From contig NIVC01003732.1 in the NCBI GenBank assembly GCA_002269645.1, positions 1 through 64,000 on the forward strand: a stretch of 64,000 nucleotides of DNA, written 5' to 3'. The translations under genes were made by a program, and so were the position numbers. Shown one piece after another: positions 45,711 through 57,166 of this stretch. The stretch is from Macrostomum lignano (Eukaryota). The notes below the pieces were generated by a model. The model saw only the letters and a list, made by a program, of their open reading frames with translations. It was not told where the DNA came from and made no database searches. Numbering within the stretch: position 1 is the first letter of the stretch; every line of letters begins with the position of its first letter.

Positions 45711-47120
45711 TTATAACTAATTTATCAACTTAAGAATCTTAAGTAATATTATTTATTTTTTAATTTTTACATTTTTAAAACACTTTTGTTTTATTATTAT
45801 GACTTTACTTTATTTTAACTTCATTTTTTGTTTAAAAAAATTTTTTAAATTTATTAGGCCCTATTCTTGGAAACCAGGCTATTTAGTACTTTGAATCAAA
45901 TTTTTGATAATGGCTTTTTTAATGGCTAGGCCTATAGATCTGGCAATCTTCTGCAAGCAATTATCTACTAATGAGGTCTTGAACCTTAGAAGTATCTTGT
46001 TTTAAATATCATCATTTTGTTTCAATCTTATCTTGAACAAAATCTTATTACTATTAGCAATTATCTATTAAAATTAAAATGTTTCTACTATATTATATCC
46101 ATAAATTTCTTTATTGGAATACCATTGCCAGATCTATAGCCATTGGAAAATGGGTTACAGTGCTATAACTGTAGCCATTACCCAAATTTTTATTAGCTTA
46201 GGCCTATAGTAGCCAATAGAGAGGTTAAAAATGGAGGTTGCCTTGCCTTAGGCCTACTAAAAAATTAAGAAGCAGTTTTTTGCTTGTCATTTTGGGTAAG
46301 GCTACTCTTGGGCCCGGGCTAAACAGAGCTTTTTAGAAAAATGAGAAAATTGAAAATATTTTATCAAACCTAAAACTTAACTTCTTAAATTAAAAGTTCC
46401 ACTTTATTGTCTAAGAGTAAGACCCTGTTGCTTGCAAAAAAAGTAGTAAACTTTAGTGGCCTAGGGCTAGGCTAAGTCTACATATAGTATAGCCATAGGC
46501 CTACACATTGCAAAATATGGACATATGGTATTGGTATGCCATAGGCCTAGATGCAAACAAAAGTTAATTGGTAAATTGAGCTGGCTTCAAATGTTATTTA
46601 TGTCCTTTCGTTAAAATCAATAGCAAAATCATAAAGTTTTGATGTTTCGTTGATAGGGGGCCTATGCTTTTAGCTTTGGTAGGCCCCCCTCCTGTCTATG
46701 AACAACTTACAACTTCCAGTCCACTGGCACTTGGGCAGTGGGCTTGGGAAGTTACTTTATAGGCCAAGGAAGGATACCCTATGATTTTTGTAGTTTCTTA
46801 TCAACTAATCAGATTTATTTGTGATACATGGATCTAAAGGGCACAAAGGACAAAAGGTTTACTGCTACTACAGTATTTTAGTTTAAAATTGAAATATTTT
46901 ATTAATTTATTATTTATGGATACAGGATACCTGTAGACTTGCGATCAAAGTCAGCGTACCGAATGAACCTCCACTAAAGAAAGAAGCCTGAACATAAAGA
47001 CTGCAAATATTTTTTGTAAAAAAATTGTACAAATTTTTTAGCATTGTTTAATTCGACTTTTAGTATCTCTTGTAATTTATTTTGTTTGTTTTACTCTTTT
47101 CTTATATCAAAAAACATTTC

Positions 47121-47503
47121 GAGCCTCTTCACGGCAATCGGTTCTAGAACCAGAATAAATTCCAGTTCTAGAACCAGAACCAGTGTTAAATGAGGAGCTT
47201 CGAACCCATTTTATGTTTCACAGTCTTTACAATTTAATTTTGTCGTTCTTTGACTTTGTTTTCTCTTGGATATGACAAAAACTTAATAATTATATATAGG
47301 AATAACAAAAAATAACGATTTCAAATATATTTTACTGTGAAAGTGTCAACATGACAACGGTTCGAGAAAATTTCTCGAACCATATTCTAGAACCAGAACC
47401 ATGTTCCGGAACTGATCCTGTTTTTCGAATCATCGATATGAAGAGCGTTGAACCGGTTCGGAACCGCGGTTCCGTTTTTCGAACCGGCGATATGAAGAGG
47501 CTC
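47121..47503. mobile_element. MITE with GAGCCTCTTCA terminal inverted repeats (PIF/Harbinger-like)
   Basis: GAGCCTCTTCAC..CGGTTC at the left and GAACCGG..TGAAGAGGCTC at the right. Confidence 0.6.
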
Positions 47504-47526
47504 AAATTGTCTACCGGGCTCGTTGC

Positions 47527-47785
47527 TGGTGTTGGTATTTCGCGGCCCGGCCCAGGGCCGCGGCGTTGTTACTTTAGTTTTTAACTTAATTTAAAAAATA
47601 GAGCATCAGAAGTTCAATAAATTTACAATCAATATTTTACAACGTAGTAAACTCACAATTGACTCCAAAAATATGCGGCATTCTGGTCAGTATTTTTTGT
47701 TTTACTTATTTACTAAATATATATTTACATTGGCTAAATAGGGGCCGCCCGGGCCGGGCCCTGCCGCGAAATAACAACACCCCAG
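47527..47785. mobile_element. MITE-like inverted repeat element
   Basis: CTGGTGTTGGTATTTCGCGGCCCGGCCC versus GGGCCGGGCCCTGCCGCGAAATAACAACACCCCAG. Confidence 0.5.
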
Positions 47786-47803
47786 ATTCCATTTCGTCAT
47801 TGA

Positions 47804-48081
47804 AGGGGCTTTTCACATTACCATGGCCAATTCCAGAACCAGAATCGGTGCAGATCTTCCAAGAAAAAAAACAGTATAACAATTTAACTTTGTTGTTGAA
47901 TGTTTGACTGTCTTAACAGCCTCATTTTGCACAAATTTTCACTTTCTTCTTGGCTATTTCTATTCAATAATTACAACTTTAAAGCACTTACATCCCTCTA
48001 GTTTAGGAGACAAAAAGTTTATACTTTACAATATGGATCTGGTTCTAGAACCAGATTAACAATTGCAATACGAAAAGGCCT
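47804..48081. mobile_element. MITE (GGCTTTTCA..TGAAAAGGCC ends), intact copy
   Basis: Terminal inverted repeats, plus a second diverged copy at 48269-49208. Confidence 0.6.
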
Positions 48082-48268
48082 ATAGTGTAACGATCATGTT
48101 GATATATTTAGTTATTTGTAAATAATATGGTATGATTGATGTCTTCTTAGTATTGTATTAATTTATCTACTATTTCATTAGCGAATTTTGAAAGTTTTTT
48201 AGTCTGTACGGTTGAAATTTGTTTTACGGATATTTCATAGAAATATTGTTTTATTTAAAAACACTATG

Positions 48269-49208
48269 AGGCTTTTCATATTACCAATTCCAGAATCAGA
48301 ATCGGTTCGGATCTTCCAAGAAAAACAGCAGTATAACTATTTAATTCTGTTGAATGTGTCACGTTTTTGTAGTCGTTGTAGTCCCAAATTAAGTCAAACT
48401 CGTCGTTGTCAATGTGATTAATGTCAATAGCGTTCTGGGGCACTGGCGGCTGCAACAACGGGTCGATGTAATTGAAGTTATGAAGTCAAGCAGATGATGA
48501 AGGATGATGGTGAAGCAAGTAGCAAGTGATGGCGCTGAGTACGGTGGAGGCAGTGAGTAGCAAGTAGACAAGTAGTGGTGTGATTGGGCGCTAGCCCGTG
48601 GCAGTACAAGGTGGAGCACGAATGCGTAAACAAGTCTGGCCCAGACAGGGTGGGGCCGTGGCGAGAGATAAGGAGAGAGAGGAGGAGGAGTGAACGAAGG
48701 AGAGCGAAAGGAGGCGTGAGAGAGAGAGTGAAAACCCCCAGCCCGCCGCCAGGCGGGGTTAATAAAGGAGCGCAGGAGGGTTAGCATAATATATGCGAAG
48801 AGTTATCATTGGCTGGCGGGGGAAAAGCGAGAACTGAAATTATTGATCGCGCGAGACCCTACAGACGTACGCAAAGATTACCATGTACGCAATGATTAGC
48901 AATTGATACAGATTCGTTTGGGCGCTACTACAAGTAAACGTGAGAATACACGATTGGAGAATATTAAATGAGAAATTGTAGTCCAACGGCCCTTTTGCGG
49001 GACCACCTTAAACTGACAACGTCACAAATGTTTGACTGCCTTAACAACTTCACTTAGCACAATTTTTCACTTTCTTCTTGGCGATTGTCATACAATAATA
49101 AAAACTTTAATTTATAGCACGTATCTCCCTCTAGTTTAGGAGACACAAAGATATACTTCACAAATTGGTTCTGGTTCGGGAACAAGAACAAGCAATATGA
49201 AAAGGCCC
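48269..49208. mobile_element. Second copy of the same MITE, interrupted by a solo LTR
   Basis: The two halves (..GTTGAATG and AATGTTTGACTG..) align to the intact copy. Confidence 0.65.
48357..49026. mobile_element. Solo LTR (670 bp) with 4-bp target-site duplication AATG
   Basis: AATG|TGTCAC...GTCACA|AATG, with the empty site visible in the paralogous MITE. Confidence 0.85.
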
Positions 49209-49211
49209 ATA

Positions 49212-50839
49212 TGTAGCCGCGTATTCCGGAGTTCGAATTCCCGCCAACTATAGCTATAGAAGACTTCGTTAGTCAAAGAAACTTGATTTATTAGCTTGCC
49301 AGCTTGCTTGAATTTAGACTTGACCGCACGGGGGGGAGGCAGCTGGTGAATGTGCTGGTGGACTGTCAATGTCGTCTCGCCCAACGCAGACTGTAGGTTG
49401 CCATCCACTGCACGCCTCTCTCTTATTCTGATGCTGCTGGGCTGCAGCCGCCGCCTAGCTTTCTTGCATATGTCGTCGCTGATGCAGGACACCTCTGCCC
49501 CGGTGTCGATCAGGCAACGGCGCCGTTGTCTAAGGATGCGCGCTGTGACGAAGCGCACCTGGCCAGGCTGGCAGCTGCTGAGGCGTGGTGTTGAGGCCGA
49601 GTGCGTTAGTGCTGAGAGGGCCGGTGCTGGCCTCGTGAACCAGCCCCCTCGGCGTTTGGGCAATTGCGTCCGATGTGGCCGGGCTGACCGCAGCCGAAAC
49701 AGTTGGAACTAGCCGGTGATTGCTGTCGATGCTGGCCTTCACCGCCGAATGCGGTAGGCTGCTGAGGCATTAGTGGTTTCGGTGGCGCTGAAGGTCGGCT
49801 CTGTGGTGGTCTCGGTTGTTGGGGCTGGGTTTCCCCACGGCCGGCATCCATGTAGGCCCGGGTTTCACAAAGCTGCTGGGCGATTCATAGGACCTGCTCC
49901 ACAGTGCATGGTGGTGTTGGTTGATTCAGTAGTCGCTCAGTGACGTAGCTGTCATTGAGACCATGCATGAATTGCTCGCTAACTGTCTGTTTGACGTAAG
50001 CCTGGGGTCCTGAGTCCGGGTATGCCCTTGCAGCCAGCCGTTGAAGCTCGAAGAAGCGCTGCACTCTTGGCCCCGCCGTGACGGGACCGGAGGTGTTCAA
50101 CGAGGCTCTCATAGCGGACACCAGGCAGCTGATCCAGGGTTGTTCCGGGTGGCAGTCCGACGTAGGTGCACTGCATCGCCAGCCAGGTGGTGTACGTTGC
50201 AAAGGCCGGTTCGAATAACGCAGTTAGGGTGTTGATCTTGTCGGCGTCTCGAAGGCCTGGGGACCGGCTAACATAGGCGCTGATCCTGATGAGAAAGTCA
50301 TCGAAATCCTCCCGACCGTTGTACGGTGCAGGCTTAGGTACTGGCGCAAGGGCCGGCCTTGGATTGAGGTCTGGCAATGCTGCGTACCCGTGAGCTGGAG
50401 GACAGGCGTACTGCTGCATTGCTGAAACCTGCCCTGATGCTTGGTCGGTGTCTGAAGAAACGGGTTGGTTGATACTGCCGCCGAGTGTGCCCTCTCAAGG
50501 TCGTTAACAACGAGGAAAGGATTTGTGGCTTCGCTGACTGCGGACATCAACACGAAGGGGTTGGAGGCGTTCGTAGACTCGGTAGAAACGGATTCTGAAT
50601 CGTCGCAGCTGCGTTGTACTGTCGCTCGACGAGACGTCCAGGTAGTCGTCGTTATTAACTATATAACTGCATGAAAAGCTGGCGTGGTGGCCAAATGTAG
50701 CCGCGTATTCCGGAGTTCGAATTCCTGATTTGTATCCCCCCCGTGGGCCTGGTCGGTGGGTGTAAGAAATTGATTTATGGCGCTTAATTTTCCTGTGAAC
50801 TGCCCATTAGGCCAGCAAGTACAAGTAGCAGCAGCTACA
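49212..50839 (-). mobile_element. Internally deleted Ty3/Gypsy element: LTR, PBS-like site, gag, zinc knuckle, protease, divergent LTR end
   Basis: 144-bp TGTAGC..GCTACA LTR at 50696-50839; TGGCCACCACG PBS-like site; YNGREDFDDFL gag; CFGCGQPGHIGRNC; CLIDTGAEVSCI; 30-bp LTR end repeated at 49212. Frameshifted. Confidence 0.8.
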
Positions 50840-51064
50840 TGTATACTCCCTGCATCCCCCCGTGAGAAATTCCTGGCTACGCCCCTGACCAGGAGCAAAG
50901 TAGCCTTGTCAAATAATATTGCGAAGAAGTGACCAAGTATCTTACTATTGGTTTTCTCGTTCTATTTCAGCGAAAGTGCATTCTTTTTCGTCAGTGGTTG
51001 GGGGGGGGGGGTAGGGGGGGACAAAGCCAAGAATTCAAAATGTACATGTACAAATTACAAAATT

Positions 51065-51625
51065 TTGGCACTCATTTTGGCGCCGCATTCACTTATTTTA
51101 GCGCCGCAGGCATTCCTTTTAGCGCCGCAGGCACTCCTTTTAGCGCCGCAGGCACTCCTTTTAGTGCCGCAGGCATTTCTTTTAGCGCCGCAGGCACTTT
51201 TTTTAGCACCGCAGGCACTCCTTTTAGCGCCGCAGGCACTCCTTTTAGCGCCGCAGGCACTCCTTTTAGCGCCGCAGGCACTCCTTTTAGCGCCGCAGGC
51301 ACTCCTTTTAGCGCCGCAGGCACTCCTTTTAGCGCCACAGGCACTCATTTTAGCGCCGCAGGCACTCATTTTAGCGCCGCAGGCACTCCTTTTAGCGCCG
51401 CAGGCACTCCTTTTAGCGCCACAGGCACTCATTTTAGCGCCGCAGGCACTCCTTTTAGCGCCGCAGGCACTCCTTTTAGCGCGCCGCAGGCACTCCTTTT
51501 AGCGCCGCAGGCACTCCTTTTAGCGCCACAGGCACTCATTTTAGCGCCGCAGGCACTCCTTTTAGCGCCACAGGCACTCATTTTAGCGCCGCAGGCACTC
51601 CTTTTAGCGCCGCAGGCGCTATATT
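51065..51625. repeat. 21-bp minisatellite (GCACTCCTTTTAGCGCCGCAG)
   Basis: Direct inspection. Lies within a probable non-autonomous DNA element bounded by G/C-rich ends. Confidence 0.93.
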
Positions 51626-52634
51626 TTGGCGCCCTGAAAAAAATTATTGATTACCACAAAGACTCACAAGGTGGGGTTGGGGGGGGACAAAGCATTGGCA
51701 TGTCCCCCCCAGAGCTTTTACTGGGGGGACATGTCCCTCCCCCCGGTGGCGACGCGCCTGCATGAGATGATCGATATTATATGCACACAGCAGGCTAACG
51801 GATAGCTGACACATGGATGGTGAATTGGATTGATGATTGACACATGGATGCGATCGACATGGATGGTGAATTGGATTGATGTTTGACATTGGAGGCATCC
51901 CAATTAAAAATATTTTAATATTTTTGTCCTGTTTCAGTGGCATCACTTGACGAGTTTAGATAAGCGATGAGAGATAAATTGCATGGCCTGCGAAACAAGA
52001 TCAGGACTGCGAGACTGAAGATCCCTTTCGAGAACAGGACCTGCCCAAAGTGCCATGTGGGTGGAAGCGAAGCTCTGCACTTTCTGTTTAAGTTTAGTTG
52101 AAACTTTACGAGTCGTCGTATATGCTCGATCCTGTGGCCGATTAAAAAGTTAATTTAAAAACTAACTGAGTATCCTAAAAATGATTGTCTCTATCTAGGC
52201 ATCTACTTATGTATCTATGTGATTAACCTATTCGAAATCGGCTCAAGCGATTTTCATTAAACAATTGCACCGTTAGATTTAAGACATTTTCCGAAAACGG
52301 TTACGTACCGTCGCACCCTCAGCAATCAGTTCCCTCGCCATCATGTGCATGTAATAATAAAATAATAATAACTCTCTAAACCTATCGAGTTAGAAACAGT
52401 AATCTGCGTGCAAATTTTAAAAGCTTACTTTGTTGTGACGAAGAATCCTCAGCTCACATCATGGCAGCTGAATTACAAAGTTTTGTTTATGGCCAGCATT
52501 GAGAAGTCTCGGGACAGGTTCGAGTTTTGCTTTATTGCAACGCGGCAAAGAACCAAAATAAATTCTAAGCAAGATAATAACGCTGGGTAACGGAGGCTTG
52601 GATAGCTGCGACTGGATTCGTTGAATTTGCTGCT

Positions 52635-54041
52635 ATGGAAGACGCTCGGACGGGACCGTTGCCAAGCTCGAATTCGGGTTACTCGAGCTCCTATTCGAGG
52701 TCGCACGGTCGTCGCCGGGAGAGGCAGTTCGATGCGGCATCGTTGGAGTCGCCACAGCTGCAGCAGGAGCAGGAAGCGGATGCCAGATCCTACGGTACCA
52801 GCAATCGGAGGTCGAAGTCTGGACTGCGTGCTCTGCAGGAGCTGGTGTCGGACGCCAGGACGATGAACTGCGATGCAGCTGGCTCTCCGTTGCCCAGCCG
52901 GCTACCGAAACCGCTGACGCAGAAACTGCCGAGGCATCAGCAGCAGAGGGCCAGCCATACTGAGGATGACTTTGCCAAGTATCTGGGATTCGCCGACGCA
53001 GAAGGTTCGACTGACGATGGAAACCGGTCAAGACGGCAGCGTTCGACTCAGAATCAGTCGTCAATGGTGGTGAGTCTGTCTGCGTGTACTTTTTAGCTGT
53101 TGACACCGGTGATGTCGAGACCTAATTAAAAAGACGTTGGATCAATGCTAAATGTCTGCATGAATTAAAAAAGCAATAGAATCTGGCGGAATAGGTTTGA
53201 AGTTTGATGTCACGTGACCGAAGGAAATTGCGTCAGTAAACCTTGAGTAAACATTGAAATTCTACTAAACATCTGAAATTCTACTAAATATCTAATAATC
53301 CGCAAACGTTTTAAACTGGTATTGTTCATCTGATATCCTCATGTTATATAGATAGGTTAACTGTTTAGCTATGTCCCCGTACAACAATCCGACGTCGCAC
53401 CGACCTCTGAACCGACGTCGTACGACGTCTATGTAACATTACGTGTTTCCTATTGGTCGGACGTCGGGCCGACGTCGAAGTCGTAGTCCAAAAATTTATT
53501 TCGCGCTTCTTTAACATTTATTTTCGCGGGATGAACTGGCAAGCAATACTGTTATGCTTAATTTAATTATTTAAGGCGAATAACGTGAATTAAGGCGAAT
53601 TTAATTTTTCGACTACGACTTCGACGTCAGCCCGACGTCCGACCAATAGGAAACACGTAATGTTACATAGACGTCGTACGACGTCGGTCAGATACGTCGG
53701 ATTGTTGTTCGGGGTCCCTTTCTGGCTCGAATTTAAAGTTAATTCGATCTTAACAAAACGAGCTTCACTCAAATCTGAGCTATCAAATATATATGTCTCA
53801 ACACCAAGTAACGCAGGTAGATAGGTAGCTTCGACTCGACATCATTGGACATTAAATTTAAAACAGGACAGGTTAAAAATGACATTCCCAACTATCGAAC
53901 AACCCCAAATATGAATCGACGGTCAACAGTCAAGATTATCTGTATAGTTGCTACGCGATAAAAATGTTTGACAGGACCGGCTCAGCTGTGCCGATGGCGA
54001 CAGCGGCGGCCTGGAAGGTCCCACGCGCCGACACCAAGTCA

Positions 54042-54087
<46 letters not shown>

Positions 54088-56629
54088 CCAGCAGCAGCAG
54101 CAGCAGCACCAGCACCAGCACCAGCACCAGCAGCAACTGTTTCTGGCACCATCAACTTCAGCCCATCTTTCAGAAGAAGACTTTGCTGAGGAAGAGAAGC
54201 TTTGCCAGCTGGTTGGCTCAATGCTGGACCAAGCGGCCAGGGTGGAGCAGCAGAGCTGTCTGTACCGGGGTCAGCGGGCCAACCTCTGGGACGCCGAAGC
54301 GATCGCGGCATCGATGTATCCGTTTGTCAACGAATTCGGTGACAGAGTGTTTCGGCTGCAATTTCGAACCGCGTTTCCCTTTAACCAGCCGGAGATGCTC
54401 GAGATGTTTAACCTGCTGTCCGGGAACTTCTCTGTGAGAAGCTTGCATAATTTGGGTCGGTTTTTATTTGTATATACTACTGCTTGTCAGTAGCCTTCAT
54501 ATCGTTCGGCGCGTGCGCTCATAAAAATTGTGCGCAAAACAAACTCAACGCGGTGACTCCATGGGTGCTTGAAATTTCTATCTGTACTTGTGATTTTGTT
54601 CCCTTCAATCAGCTTCCTTCATCAAAAATAAGCATCAAATTCAGCTAACAACTCCCGTTCACCCGGCCTGCAGTCAGGTAGCGACACGGAGCTGCTGCTG
54701 CGTCAGGGCCTCAGCGACCTGCGGTCGATCCACCTGCAGATGCGGCTGTTCCTGCACACCGAGGCCGCCCTTGCCGAGGTTGATGACGCGGCTCTGTCCA
54801 GCCTGCTGCTGGCATTCGCCGAGCAGGTGGACCGAGACCTCCGCTCCGTGTCGGCCGGGCCCGGCTGCGGTCAGTTCCCCAGCTTCTCCAAGTATGCCCG
54901 TCGACGAGCCGCGGCGCTGGCGGCTGCGGTTGGTCGCTTCGCCCAGACGGCCGAGCGGAGGCGCCGGCTGGTGCTTGGCCGGATGCAAGGCCTGGCAACC
55001 ACCGTCATGGGCTTCGTGGCCTGCAGCCCCAGCGACGGAGTGGCCGATGGCGGCCTACGCAAGGCGGTGGTCGCCTTGTTCGACGACATGCTGGCCTGCT
55101 TTGCGTGCCTCGGCAGCAGCTCCGGAGCGGCTGCTGGAAGCGGCGGCGGTGGAGGCGGCGGCTGCGAGTCCAGACCGGCCAGTCCGCCACTGCCTGTGGA
55201 AAGGCTGAGCTATGACGATGGCGACCACTGCACCAGGGGCTTCGGTCGAGGCGACGCTCCGTCTCTGCAGCCGCTGCCCTCCCTGATGGAGCCGCATGAC
55301 GAAGAGGCGCCTTCAATTGAGCCTGTTTCGGAGAACGAAGGCGCTGACGACGAGGACCTCCGCGACCACAGCTGGGGCGCTCGCGGAGTCGGTGCTGGCG
55401 AACACAGCCCTGGAGTGGCCATCGAGTCCGCTAGCGACTCTTTGCTTCAACCAGAAGAGGCCTTTTCGATTCAGTTCATGGAGCGACTGGAGGGTTTGCT
55501 GTCCAGCTTTATGCACAACGAGCGCGTTGACAACCAGGGCTTCAAGACGGCCTTCAATGCGCTGTACGACTGGTGGCGTCGGTACAGCGGCGACGGCGGC
55601 GCGAATCGCAGCTGGGAGCGCCGGGTGACGACCATCAAAGAGAAGTTCGACCGAGCTCAGAAGCTGCGAGCCGAGAGCAACGGTGTGAAGCGTTTGTACA
55701 GCGAGTCGGAGACCACCTGGGATCTCATTGAAGTGGCCAAGCTGATGATGGCCTCCGAGGATCGAACAACTTTTCTAGTCGAAACGCAGACGGCAGCGGA
55801 GCATCGGGAGCCGACGCTGAGCCTCGTAGACTCGACGCTCGCCACGCTGTACCTCTACCAGCTGGCGCAGGACGCCAGCGTGCTGTCTACGCGACTGCGC
55901 GCCGAAATTCAGCGCCTGATTCACCGGCTGACGGACTGCGGCCCCGTGCCGATGCTCTGCCTGCTGCGCCTGCGCCTCCTGTACATGCGTGCTCGGCAGT
56001 ACTCTGACCTGCTGCGCGCTCATCCTCAGGGCTGCCTCATCCTTGAGCTAGCTCAGGTCCATCGAGTGCTTAACCGAGACGCCTATCCTGACGGTGTCAT
56101 TACCTGCCCGCTCAACTTGACTTTTTGCGTGCCGCTCAACGACTACAAGAAGTTCTGCCAGCACGTCAAAGAGCTGCGCGTTCTATCGTTCGAAGCTCGC
56201 GCCCCGGTGACGGAGAAAACCGCTACTCTGATGAAGACCAGCAGCCTGAGGAAGATTGAAAGATGCTGTCAGTGCAGCATCGACGTCCTGCCGCCAGCCG
56301 GCTCCGGGGCCGCCTCGGACGCGGCCACCTGCGGCGCCACCGCCAGTTCGCCATCGGCCGAGACCGCCCTGACGGCCGGCACCAGACGCAAGCCGCAGCT
56401 CATCGTTGGCGGACTTCGCTCAAGCTTCGGCCTGGTGGTTCGGCCGGATCAAAGCCACGGCCGGGCCAATGCAGCAATGCGGATGATTTGCGACATTGTG
56501 GGGCCGGCTGGCATCGGCGACCGAGTGAAGTACCGCAGCTTCCACCTGAGCCTGCTGCTTCCTCACAACTACAAACCGCTGCAGGTGTTTGCCGAGACGT
56601 CAAGGCCGCTTGCATGTAGCGACTCGTGA
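52635..56629 (+). CDS. Uncharacterised protein (about 949 aa, 3 exons), polyQ/H tract, helical core, possible degenerate KH-like C-terminal domain
   Basis: Exons 52635-53069, 53975-54433 and 54674-56629, all phase 0 with GT-AG sites; GC-rich, coding-like 629-aa ORF. Upstream exons are possible. Confidence 0.75.
53375..53714. mobile_element. 340-bp MITE with long (about 125 bp) terminal inverted repeats in intron 1
   Basis: CCCCGTACAACAATCCGACG..GACGTCGTACGACGTCTATGTAACATTACGTGTTTCCTATTGGTCGGACG is mirrored at 53620-53714. Confidence 0.85.
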
Positions 56630-57166
56630 GCCGTCTGTCCGAGTTCCAGCCCGCGTTATTGAACTTTTCCTATCATTAATATTATTATTATTATTATTTC
56701 GTACCTTTTTCAATTTCGTATTCGCTTCAAAGGTCGACATAGCTAAGTACTACACAAGCAGGATGTCGCAGAAGTATAACAGTTCAACTTTAAACCGTAA
56801 CAACATTTTGACCAATACAGTACAGGAGTACAGGCACAAATATTTTTACTATGTTAGCGTACACAAAATAGTCAACCTCCGAGGCTTCTATTTTTAGTAA
56901 AAAGTTACTTTTTACTGTAACCAGGTGCCATGGCTGCCCGCGGCACCATATTTTAGAAAAGTGTATCGTCAACTTTTTTTCTCGATATTTTGCTCTACCC
57001 GTTAAGCATTTCGAATAGATTTTTTAGTTAAATTTGCTTGTACCAGCTGTCGTTTTGAGTGACACCAGTCAATAATAAGCGTGTAAGTCAGCTTACTATA
57101 GCTAGCGCGGTTATTATTTAAGTCAAGACTTCTGCTGTCTCATGGTTTCTGGCTCTGTCTTGGGAC

